64,000 nucleotides of DNA from a virus (taxonomy: Duplodnaviria; Caudoviricetes). Shown piece by piece: positions 8,180-16,618 of the stretch. The DNA lies in IMG/VR virus record IMGVR_UViG_3300002026_000008, positions 1-64,000 of that record. The stretch is one strand, 5' to 3'. The stretch's first letter is position 1; each line of letters starts with the position of its first letter. Under the pieces are notes generated by a model. It had not been told where the DNA came from. It saw only the letters and a program-made list of their open reading frames with translations, and ran no database searches. Both the position numbers and the translations under genes were made by a program.

Positions 8180-9916
8180 TTGGAGAAGTTAATGACAACC
8201 TTAAGTGAAGAAAGAAATATGAACCCTGTACGCGAATATGCAAATAAAACGGTTTTTCTTAACCCATTTTCATCTGAAATTTGGGAAAGCACATATAAAG
8301 ATCATAAAGATACCTGTATTGATGATACTTTTTACCGTGTGGCTGAAGCTATTGCCTCAGTTGAAAATACTCCAGAACTTCAAGCATTATGGACACATAA
8401 TTTCTTCGAGATGCTGCAGAATTTTCTTGTAACTGTTGGCGGTCGTATCTACTCTAATGCAGGTACAGAGTGGAAAGGCACTACCTTAATGAACTGTTTT
8501 GTTGGACCGCAGCCTAAGGGTGATGTAGACAGTTTAGCTGGTATTCTCGAATTGTTAGAAGGTCAAGCTAAAACGCTTAAGGCAGAAGGTGGTTGGGGTA
8601 ACAATTTCTCTACCCTTCGACCGCGTGGTGCATTTATTCACGGTATCGGTGTCGAATCTCCAGGTGCAGTTAAGTATATGGAACTGTTTGACAAGTCATC
8701 TGAAATCGTCACTTCTGGTTCTGGTAAAAAATCAACTAATTCAAAAGCTAAAGGTAAGATTCGTAAAGGCGCTCAGATGGGCGTCATTGACATCTGGCAT
8801 CCAGATGTCATCGAATTTATCACAGCAAAGCAAGCAGCCGGTAGATTGAGCAAGTTTAATATGTCCGTAAATGTCTCTGATGAATTTATGGAGCGACTCG
8901 AAAAGGTCAATAAACTAGATGCATTTATTGATCGTGGCGTACCTGGTTATGAAGAGCATGGTTCTGAAATTGGTGAGGCTGTAGAAAATTTTGATAAATG
9001 GGACCTTATCTTTCCTGAAACAACTCACCCAAAATACAAGAAGGAATGGGATGGTAACATTAAGAAATGGAAAGCAAAAGGCTATCCAGTAAATGTTTAT
9101 CAAACTGTTTCTGTTAAGTGGTTATGGAATTTGATCATGGAGTCTACATACAACAGGGCTGAACCTGGTGTATTGTTCCTTGATCGCGCTAATGATTTTA
9201 ACCCATTGTATTACGGTGAAACCATCACAAGCACAAATCCGTGCGTGACAGGTGATACATTAGTGCTGACAGATAAAGGCAGTATGACAATGAAAGCACT
9301 ATGTGACCGCATCAAGTCTGGTGAACGCATCATGGCAACAACTCTCAATGTTAAAACGAATCAACCCGAATATGAAGATATCGTTTTTGCAGATAAGACG
9401 CGTGAAAATGCAAATGTTATAGAATTAGAACTTGATGACGGTTCTACTCTTAAACTTACACCAGATCATAAAGTGTTCACTGAGAATCGTGGTTATGTTA
9501 AAGCTTCTCAATTGAACGAAGACGATATTCTTATTCTAACAGATGAAACAAAAATGAATGAATTTAATGATTTAGGCATTACTGAACGGTGTGTGGCAGA
9601 GGTGCTAACAGTAGCAAATACCGTGTACGCCAATTGTTGTCCGCCGCTTAATCAGTGTTTAACTTCTCACACTTACAATTATGGTGCTGAAATTGACAAG
9701 ATTATATCTGAACGTGAATCAGAATTTGTTCAACGCAAGGGAGCAATTTCACAATCAGAAATTACATTGTACCGAACAAAATTTATTCGGTTATTGTTAG
9801 ATAGAGAACAGGAAGTTAAACGCTCAATAACAGAAGATGACAGATTAGCTAAGTTAAATGTACCAATCTATTGTAATGTTTTGCATTATGCTATGTCAAA
9901 ATATTTGAAAAAGTAA
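8180..9916 (+). CDS. nrdJ: Class II ribonucleotide reductase N-terminal part + split intein N-half + 120-aa extension (start probably ATG 8192 or 8219)
   Basis: GGRIYSNAG, TLMNCFV, IRKGAQMG, AEPGVLF, STNP|CVTGDT (intein block A), LTPDHKV (block B). Confidence 0.92.
   Translation: MEKLMTTLSEERNMNPVREYANKTVFLNPFSSEIWESTYKDHKDTCIDDTFYRVAEAIASVENTPELQALWTHNFFEMLQNFLVTVGGRIYSNAGTEWKGTTLMNCFVGPQPKGDVDSLAGILELLEGQAKTLKAEGGWGNNFSTLRPRGAFIHGIGVESPGAVKYMELFDKSSEIVTSGSGKKSTNSKAKGKIRKGAQMGVIDIWHPDVIEFITAKQAAGRLSKFNMSVNVSDEFMERLEKVNKLDAFIDRGVPGYEEHGSEIGEAVENFDKWDLIFPETTHPKYKKEWDGNIKKWKAKGYPVNVYQTVSVKWLWNLIMESTYNRAEPGVLFLDRANDFNPLYYGETITSTNPCVTGDTLVLTDKGSMTMKALCDRIKSGERIMATTLNVKTNQPEYEDIVFADKTRENANVIELELDDGSTLKLTPDHKVFTENRGYVKASQLNEDDILILTDETKMNEFNDLGITERCVAEVLTVANTVYANCCPPLNQCLTSHTYNYGAEIDKIISERESEFVQRKGAISQSEITLYRTKFIRLLLDREQEVKRSITEDDRLAKLNVPIYCNVLHYAMSKYLKK
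9242..9553 (+). mobile_element. Split intein N-fragment (about 104 aa)
   Basis: C1 at TGC 9242; block A CVTGDTLV; block B LKLTPDHKVFT; no block F/G in this ORF. Confidence 0.9.
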
Positions 9917-9932
9917 ATGCCGTAAGGATTCG

Positions 9933-9940
9933 TATAAATA
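9933..9940 (+). promoter_or_regulatory. T4-type late promoter for the nuclease inside nrdJ
   Basis: Exact TATAAATA 27 nt before ATG 9968. Confidence 0.7.
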
Positions 9941-9967
9941 GCTTCATACTAAACGTGTGGAGCTATT

Positions 9968-10726
9968 ATGAAACCTTGGAACACTCAGCTAAGAATGACA
10001 CTCAATGAAGAACATAAGAAGGAGCTTCTAGATTTTTATTTAAAGATAACAAGCTATTCTAAACCGTTACGCAAAAAAGCTAAACTTGAAAATCTTCCAC
10101 CAATTGAAGCATCAAAATATCTTAAATCGATTTATGATGAAGGATACGGTATAAAGGTTCTTGCTAGAGAGTTTGATTTATCTTACTCTAGAATGAGAGC
10201 GTTGTTTGAATACTGTGGTGTAGAAATACGACATGGTTATGATGTTTCAACTGAGATAACTAAAAAGTTTAGATCAGAACGGGTTACTGGTGATAAGAAT
10301 CCTTGGTACGATTGGTGCAACAGTAAACCTGAAATGCATAAGTCAGTTTCACGGGGTGTTCAGGGTAGATTCACTAGAAAGAATGGTGATACTGTTTGGT
10401 TACGTAGTACTTGGGAATTCATGTTTGCTCGTTGGTTAGAAAGAAACAATATTGATTGGTTGTATGAAGGTCGCCAGTATAAGTTAAGCAACGGCGAAGG
10501 TTATCGACCTGACTTTATCTTGTTAGATGAGAATGGAAATGAAGAGTGTATAGTTGAGATTAAAGGTTATTTCAAGAATAGAATGTATAAAGTTGATCTG
10601 TTGAGATTAGATTATCCGGACTTAAAAATTGTTGTCGTGGATGACATTACAGATTATTGTGAAGATTACAAGAAGGAGTTAAAGGAATGGAAATGCATCA
10701 GCCAGTCAAACGTGCACGTATCATAA
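9968..10726 (+). mobile_element. Free-standing putative homing endonuclease, PD-(D/E)XK type with HTH and NUMOD3-like segments
   Basis: RSTWE...WLYE...YRPDFIL...VEIKG; GDKNPWY; sits between the intein halves. Confidence 0.78.
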
Positions 10727-12408
10727 AAGTAAGACAAGCAGAAAATGAAGATGTTTATGACATCACAACGACAAATAATCACAACTTCTTCGCAAATGGT
10801 ATTTTGGTTCACAATTGCGGGGAACAAACTTTAAGCCCAGGTAATGTGTGTAATTTAGGTTCAGTAAATCTTTCACAGTTTATTAATGCTGATCGTACCG
10901 GTTTCGATTTGAAGAGAATGGAAAAGTACGTTAGTTATCTTGTTCGATTCCTTGACAATGTGAATAGTTATTCGGATGCTCCGCTACCAGAATATGTTGA
11001 CAGTATGCGTAATAAACGACGCATTGGCGTCGGTATTCTTGGATGGGGCAGTGCTCTGTTTATGTTGAAGGTGCGTTTTGGTTCAGACGAAGCCGATGAA
11101 TTACGTGAACAGGTTATGTCAACTATTGCTCGTATGGCGTATATGTCTTCAATCGATCTAGCAGTTGAAAAGGGTTGCTTTAAGTATTGTGATCCTGAAC
11201 AACACGCGGTCGGTAAATTCGTAAAGAGTTTGAATTTGCCGATGACCTACATGGTGAAACTTTCTGTTACTGGTATTCGCAATTCTTCGTGTTTATCTAT
11301 TCAGCCTACAGGTAATACTTCACTAGCAGCAAATAATGTTTCAGGTGGTCTTGAACCAATCTTTATGCCTGAATATGTTCGCACGGTGATTGTTAAATCT
11401 GTTCCTGATCATATTGCACATCTTACTCCTAAGTGGTATGAAGGTGAATGGTATGAAACAGCTATGTTTAAGAAATCATTTGAAGGTACTGAAGAGATTC
11501 TTCGTGGTGTAGATGAGAATGGTGTTGTATGGAAAATTGATAAGAGTAGAGGTCTCACTAAGGAAGTTCTATGTGAAGATTATGCTGTTAAATACCTCAA
11601 GGCGCTCGGCGAATGGTCACCTAATGCAGATTGGGCTGTTACAACAGTAAACCTTGATGCTAAAGATCACGTTAAGGATTTGAAAGGTTTCACTCGTTGG
11701 ATTGATTCAGCTTGTAGTAAGACTATCAATATTCCTAATGATTACCCTTATGAGGATTTCAAAACTCTTTATGTTGATGCATACAAGACAGGATACATTA
11801 AGGGTTTAACAACATACCGAGCAGGCACCATGTCAAGTGTTCTTTCTGCTAAGGAAGAAAAGACAGCAGATGATACTGATGAAGAAATCATTCTCGATGA
11901 TGTATCACTACCTGACAGTTTTCCTGCTGAGGTTAAAGTTATCCGAGCAGAAGGTCGTAAATGGTATTTGACGGTTCATATGAGTGAAAATCGTGGTCGC
12001 CCACTTGCTCTATTCGTTCATACGAATAATACCGAGAAGAATGTAACTACTGAGGATGCTATTGAACGGATGTTTGCACTTGCTAATCGTAAAAAGATTC
12101 CAAATGCGCACATTCAGAGTATGGCAGAAAAAGTTAAGTCTGATAATAATCCATCAAAGATTACTAGAGCAATTTCACTGAATCTGCGTCACGGTGTTAT
12201 GATAAAGAATATTGTTGCTGAACTCGATAAAGTAGATGGTGCATATGTTGGTACCTTTATCTTCCAAATTCGTAAATATCTCTCAACTTTTATCCGCGAT
12301 GGTGAAAAAGTTGAAGGTGAAAAATGTCAGGAATGCGGAAGCGACAAGGTAGTATTCAAAGAAGGTTGCCGTTCTTGTATGAACTGTGGGTCGTCAAAGT
12401 GCGGTTAA
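10687..12408 (+). CDS. nrdJ: Split intein C-fragment (43 aa, 10687-10815) + class II RNR C-terminal part with TSCPD-like domain and Zn ribbon
   Basis: VYDITT..HNFFANGILVHN|CGEQ; CNLGSVNL; RRIGVG; IQPTGNTS; C-terminal CQECGS...CRSCMNCGSSKCG. Confidence 0.92.
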   Translation: MEMHQPVKRARIIKVRQAENEDVYDITTTNNHNFFANGILVHNCGEQTLSPGNVCNLGSVNLSQFINADRTGFDLKRMEKYVSYLVRFLDNVNSYSDAPLPEYVDSMRNKRRIGVGILGWGSALFMLKVRFGSDEADELREQVMSTIARMAYMSSIDLAVEKGCFKYCDPEQHAVGKFVKSLNLPMTYMVKLSVTGIRNSSCLSIQPTGNTSLAANNVSGGLEPIFMPEYVRTVIVKSVPDHIAHLTPKWYEGEWYETAMFKKSFEGTEEILRGVDENGVVWKIDKSRGLTKEVLCEDYAVKYLKALGEWSPNADWAVTTVNLDAKDHVKDLKGFTRWIDSACSKTINIPNDYPYEDFKTLYVDAYKTGYIKGLTTYRAGTMSSVLSAKEEKTADDTDEEIILDDVSLPDSFPAEVKVIRAEGRKWYLTVHMSENRGRPLALFVHTNNTEKNVTTEDAIERMFALANRKKIPNAHIQSMAEKVKSDNNPSKITRAISLNLRHGVMIKNIVAELDKVDGAYVGTFIFQIRKYLSTFIRDGEKVEGEKCQECGSDKVVFKEGCRSCMNCGSSKCG

Positions 12409-12421
12409 TAGGAGAAATAAA

Positions 12422-12628
12422 ATGGAATTGTTAGAAGTAAAAAGTATTAATCTTGCTAAGGATGATGTATTAATGGTTAGAGTTACTTGCCCACTAAATT
12501 ATCCAAAATCGAGAATGGTTGATTATTTTAATCATATCAAAGATGAGCTTAAATCAGTATTTCCTAACAATAAAGTTGTGATTTTATCAGCTGATATTGA
12601 TATTACGAAAGTAACGCCAGAAAATTAG
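12422..12628 (+). CDS. hypothetical protein (start ATG 12422)
   Basis: AGGAG RBS. Confidence 0.65.
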   Translation: MELLEVKSINLAKDDVLMVRVTCPLNYPKSRMVDYFNHIKDELKSVFPNNKVVILSADIDITKVTPEN

Positions 12629-12648
12629 CATAAGTTATCGTTGTTTTT

Positions 12649-12682
12649 GGGATATGTGATAAATATAACTATCACATATCCC
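12649..12682 (+). promoter_or_regulatory. 13-bp stem hairpin overlapping a late-promoter box GATAAATA
   Basis: GGGATATGTGATA-AATATAAC-TATCACATATCCC. Confidence 0.6.
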
Positions 12683-12731
12683 ATTTTGTCGTTTGGGGTG
12701 CTGACTCAATAACAACAGCGAGGCTATACGA

Positions 12732-12899
12732 ATGAAATTATCATTTAGACAAGGTATTATAGCAGCAAATATGAACAGTGGTACGCCAGCAACAGCAACT
12801 GATACTGGTATCAGAGGACAAATATTCTGTGATGCTAGTTACCTGTATGTTTGCATTGCCGCCGATACATGGGTTAGAACTCCTATAGCAACTTGGTAA
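12732..12899 (+). CDS. 55-aa stand-alone virion-protein motif (not in ORF track)
   Basis: PATATDTGIRGQIFCDASYLYVCIAADTWVRTPIATW, a motif normally at the end of phage fibre/structural proteins; GAGG RBS. Confidence 0.75.
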   Translation: MKLSFRQGIIAANMNSGTPATATDTGIRGQIFCDASYLYVCIAADTWVRTPIATW

Positions 12900-12906
12900 A
12901 ATGGTA

Positions 12907-12935
12907 AATAAGGAACTTCATTGAAGTTCCTTATT
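12907..12935. terminator. Perfect inverted repeat, probable terminator
   Basis: AATAAGGAACTTCA-T-TGAAGTTCCTTATT. Confidence 0.6.
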
Positions 12936-12972
12936 ACTCATATATGTACCACTCTATTCACACGGAATCAAT

Positions 12973-13572
12973 ATGAAATTAGTAGAAATTCAACAGGGTC
13001 AAGTAGATCGTGAGCAATCACTTAAAGCGTCTAGAGAAAAGTCATTAGATTTTCTAGACATAGAGCAACATAGAGTATTTTTTTCTACGTTATTAGATGA
13101 TAGTTATGATAGAGATGATCCATATAAAACAATTCCATATAACAGCGTTAAACATAAAGACGATTTTATAAAATCCCTTTTTGATCAATGGTTGAATCGA
13201 GGAAGTCTATCAGAAAAACAGGTAAATGCAGTTTTGAAACAGGCTTTAAAGATAGCAAAAGCAGAAGTTATAGGTGATATGTTCCCAAATCTTAAAGTGG
13301 ATTCAGTGTTCGCGTGTAAAGGTGTTGTTGAAAAAATTGAAGATGCTGTAGTTGAATCAGGTTATGGAACATCTGACACAAATAAAGTGACAGTACGAAC
13401 AGATTATGGAATTTATGTATCATTTAAAACAACCAGACAGAAATTGTTAGACCTTGCAAATGAATCGATGTCACAGAAAAAGAAATTGAAAATATCTGGA
13501 AAAGTAGTTTGGATGACACCAGATAAATTAAGAGTTTCGATGAAAGCTCAAGGCATAAAAATTGAATTTTAA
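12973..13572 (+). CDS. hypothetical protein, possible C-terminal OB-fold
   Basis: 199 aa; SLSEKQ motif; beta-rich C-terminal half. Confidence 0.65.
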   Translation: MKLVEIQQGQVDREQSLKASREKSLDFLDIEQHRVFFSTLLDDSYDRDDPYKTIPYNSVKHKDDFIKSLFDQWLNRGSLSEKQVNAVLKQALKIAKAEVIGDMFPNLKVDSVFACKGVVEKIEDAVVESGYGTSDTNKVTVRTDYGIYVSFKTTRQKLLDLANESMSQKKKLKISGKVVWMTPDKLRVSMKAQGIKIEF

Positions 13573-13582
13573 TCAATTTTTG

Positions 13583-13611
13583 TTTACTATTTGTGATTGT
13601 TATGATATAAT
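13583..13611 (+). promoter_or_regulatory. sigma70-like promoter
   Basis: TTTACT-N17-TATAAT with extended -10 TG. Confidence 0.75.
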
Positions 13612-13686
13612 GCTCTCTATAGATTAAAGAGCATTGTTGATATGCATCCGCTGCGCACTCTTTAATTGATCCCATGGAGTGTGTGA

Positions 13687-14145
13687 ATGTATATCAAATT
13701 TTCGAGGGTGAGGGATGTCTCCGCACCGAAACGTGCAAATTCAGGTGCAGATGCGGGTCTTGATCTGTATATCCCTAATGATTATGTAGGTAATACCGTA
13801 CTTGAACCGGGTCAGAGTGTTAAAATTCCTGCTGGCATTAAAGTCGAAGTGCCGGCTGGATATGCTTTAATCTTTTTCAACAAATCTGGTGTTGCTGCTA
13901 AGAAATCCTTAATCGTCGGTGCCTGTGTAATTGATCATGGTTATGCTGGCGAAGTACATATCAACATAATCAATGTCGGTGATGATACTCAATTCATCGC
14001 CCCCGGCGAAAAAATAGTTCAAGCAATTCTTCTTCCAATTATTACTGCAGAAACTATTGAAGTTCCTGAGTCTGAACTATATCAAGAAATTCATGTGGCT
14101 GGTAAACGTGGTACGGGCGGTTTTGGTTCGACTGGTACAGTTTAA
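13687..14145 (+). CDS. dut: Trimeric dUTPase
   Basis: AGLDL, KSG, GACVIDHGYAGE, RGTGGFGSTG. Confidence 0.95.
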   Translation: MYIKFSRVRDVSAPKRANSGADAGLDLYIPNDYVGNTVLEPGQSVKIPAGIKVEVPAGYALIFFNKSGVAAKKSLIVGACVIDHGYAGEVHINIINVGDDTQFIAPGEKIVQAILLPIITAETIEVPESELYQEIHVAGKRGTGGFGSTGTV

Positions 14146-14441
14146 TGAGTACCATTCAAGACCAACTCAAAGGTATAATTGAGACATTTAATCAACTAAC
14201 CGATAAAGATTCTGGTGTTAGTATTATGCTAGTTACAACCATTGGTGATCCGGAGGATAAAGCATATAACTACAATTTCTATGTGTCTGGTGATATTGGT
14301 ACTATTCAGGATGCCTTGATTAATCAAATTTCTGAAAATGCATTAGAAGGTGATGGTGAAATTTACCAAACCTTTAAAGAAATTATTGAATATGCAGATG
14401 AGATTATCGGCGAAAACATCAGTACAAAGGTTGTGCACTAA
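14145..14441 (+). CDS. hypothetical acidic protein
   Basis: Translationally coupled (TAATG). Confidence 0.7.
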   Translation: MSTIQDQLKGIIETFNQLTDKDSGVSIMLVTTIGDPEDKAYNYNFYVSGDIGTIQDALINQISENALEGDGEIYQTFKEIIEYADEIIGENISTKVVH

Positions 14442-14908
14442 TGGAAGCTAGACTAACTCTTGATGAAACATATATGCGCAATGCTGAAAATTGGGCAAAG
14501 CGTAGCAAGGCCTTGAGAAAGAAGACTGGTGCTGTGTTAGTTAAGGGAAATCAGACCATTTCTGATGGTTATAACGGGATGCCAGCAAGTACCGCTGATG
14601 ATAGTTGTGAATTAAAGGATGTAAACGGCAATTACATCTTTAATGAGATTGGTGAGATGATCACCAATCCTCTAACATTACACGCTGAGGCTAATGCCAT
14701 TTTAAAGTTGGCTGCTAATGGTGGTAATGGTGCAGCAGGGACTACATTGTACTGCACTCTTTCACCCTGTCCAGAATGTGCTAAATTAATTCTACAGGCA
14801 AAAATTGTTAGAGTTGTGTTTCGTGAATGGTACAGACTTCGTACTGGAATAGAAATTCTACAACAGTATGGTGTTCAATGTGATTATTTACCAAGCCTAG
14901 AACAATGA
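14441..14908 (+). CDS. dCMP deaminase
   Basis: GYNG, HAEANAI, PCPEC. Confidence 0.93.
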   Translation: MEARLTLDETYMRNAENWAKRSKALRKKTGAVLVKGNQTISDGYNGMPASTADDSCELKDVNGNYIFNEIGEMITNPLTLHAEANAILKLAANGGNGAAGTTLYCTLSPCPECAKLILQAKIVRVVFREWYRLRTGIEILQQYGVQCDYLPSLEQ

Positions 14909-15426
14909 AAAGTGTTTTAACAGATCGCACTTTATGGTATGATGGTTCTGTTGAAGTCGATCCTGATACACTGGAACATTTGTTCCTGTTGGGTGTACCA
15001 ATCGATAAAATTACAGTGACACACCTCACTCAAGAAGTAACAGATTTCAATGTGCTAGCAAATCAAAAAATTGGTATTAAGAATGAGTGTGCAGCATTAA
15101 GTCATACTTGGTTGATACCTCAGAAATATGCAGATATCGACATTGATAAATATGTTTGTGATCTTAAAACTACAGTAATAAATGAAACAGATTCTGACAG
15201 AAGATTAGTACGAATCGATAATGAATTGCAGGAATTTAAAAGACGTAATCTCATTATGCTTCTTAAGACAATCATTTATGTGACTGATACACTACGTGAA
15301 AAGAAAATTTTATGGGGTGTTGGTAGAGGATCGAGTTGCGCATCATATTTGCTGTATCTTACGGGATTGCACTGTGTTGACCCTGTAAAATATAACATAC
15401 CAATGAATGAATTTTTACATGATTGA
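14905..15426 (+). CDS. DnaE (Pol III alpha)-like fragment 1
   Basis: RIDNEL...WGVGRGSSCASYLLYLTGLHCVDPVKYNI...EFL aligns by eye with DnaE GRGSGAGSLVAY...DP...ERFL. Confidence 0.82.
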   Translation: MKSVLTDRTLWYDGSVEVDPDTLEHLFLLGVPIDKITVTHLTQEVTDFNVLANQKIGIKNECAALSHTWLIPQKYADIDIDKYVCDLKTTVINETDSDRRLVRIDNELQEFKRRNLIMLLKTIIYVTDTLREKKILWGVGRGSSCASYLLYLTGLHCVDPVKYNIPMNEFLHD

Positions 15427-15432
15427 GGTACT

Positions 15433-15849
15433 ATGAAAATTACTGAAATTTTAGATACGAAAATTCACTATGACATAGATGCAAGTACTGCGTCACAAAT
15501 GAAAGTGCATTCAGTAATTAATAATCGGGTAATATCAGTATCTTTTGTATTTACTGAACCTGATACCTGGGTAATGGAATTTTCTGAACAGATAGATAAT
15601 AAAACGTCTACATCAAAATCTACAGGTAGTGGCGGTGAATTTCAGGTATTCTCATTAATCAGTTCTGTTATGTCAGATTTTATAGACACTTATGCGCCTG
15701 ACATTATAATGTTTACAGCAGATGATGAAAAACGTGCTAAGATTTATATGCACATTATTAAGAAGAATCTGAAAGTATCATCTGGTTATCGACATTCTAC
15801 ATCAGTAATAACCGGAAAAACTACAATATTTAGGCTCACACGTAAATAA
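15433..15849 (+). CDS. hypothetical protein with MKITEIL leader
   Basis: GAGG RBS; TGSGGEFQVF motif. Confidence 0.7.
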   Translation: MKITEILDTKIHYDIDASTASQMKVHSVINNRVISVSFVFTEPDTWVMEFSEQIDNKTSTSKSTGSGGEFQVFSLISSVMSDFIDTYAPDIIMFTADDEKRAKIYMHIIKKNLKVSSGYRHSTSVITGKTTIFRLTRK

Positions 15850-15866
15850 GTTTACGGTACGAAGAC

Positions 15867-15874
15867 TATAAATA
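15867..15874 (+). promoter_or_regulatory. T4-type late promoter
   Basis: Exact TATAAATA, intergenic. Confidence 0.6.
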
Positions 15875-15995
15875 AAAAGTAAGCATTCTGATAACACGAT
15901 TCGCTTATTGTAACGAATCACAATAACAGTTTGTTGAATTATTTATGAAATTGCGCAATCTGTCAAGTACCTATAATTTATAAAGGAGAAGATCA

Positions 15996-16280
15996 ATGTC
16001 AAAGACGGCTAGAAGTGCACGTGGTGAACTTGTAGATTTCGATATCTTAGCAATAACTGCTGCAATTGCAAAGGCTCCAGCGCCTGGTATTGTTCAGGCG
16101 CGTAGAGAATTTATTGATGAAAAAGATGGATTACGTTCCAGAGCTAGACAGGACACCGTCATACAAGGCGTGAAGATTGAATCGGTTACGGGTGAAGCTG
16201 TAGATGCTATGGCACTTGCTTTTTCGGCTATGAATATTAGTGCAAATAGCGTTGAAGATGATTCAGATTTAACAGAATAA
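15996..16280 (+). CDS. hypothetical protein
   Basis: AAGGAG RBS; RSARGELVDFD motif. Confidence 0.7.
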   Translation: MSKTARSARGELVDFDILAITAAIAKAPAPGIVQARREFIDEKDGLRSRARQDTVIQGVKIESVTGEAVDAMALAFSAMNISANSVEDDSDLTE

Positions 16281-16306
16281 TTATTTTATAACATATAAGG
16301 AATATT

Positions 16307-16618
16307 ATGAAACTTCAGGCCATCGGTAATTCAATTCTTTTTCAATTCGTTGATGATACACAAGGTAAATATTTAGGTCTTAAATCAAAGTCTGGTATTT
16401 TAGTAGTTGCTGGACAAGCAGATCAAAAAGAACCACGCTGGGGAAAAGTACTCTCTGTCGGTAACAGAGTAGATGAAGAAATTAAAGAAGGTCTATACAT
16501 TCTAATTGAGCCACTCGCTTGGACACCAGGACTTTATGTCACCGATGATGAGCGAATTTGGCGTACTGATGATACCCGGGTGTTAGCGGTATCTGATGAG
16601 AAAATTTTATCGGCATAA
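16307..16618 (+). CDS. groES: GroES-like co-chaperonin
   Basis: LQAIGNSIL, KSGILV, WGKVLSVG, VLAV. Confidence 0.8.
   Translation: MKLQAIGNSILFQFVDDTQGKYLGLKSKSGILVVAGQADQKEPRWGKVLSVGNRVDEEIKEGLYILIEPLAWTPGLYVTDDERIWRTDDTRVLAVSDEKILSA

Noticed and set aside
8060-8190. Cobalamin riboswitch upstream of nrdJ
   Set aside because: The leader is short and I could not find the B12-box or GGGAA core elements.
9916-10687. Group I intron as the explanation for the nrdJ interruption
   Set aside because: Only 51 nt are non-coding, there is no room for a P3-P7 core, and intein blocks A/B and F/G flank the break.
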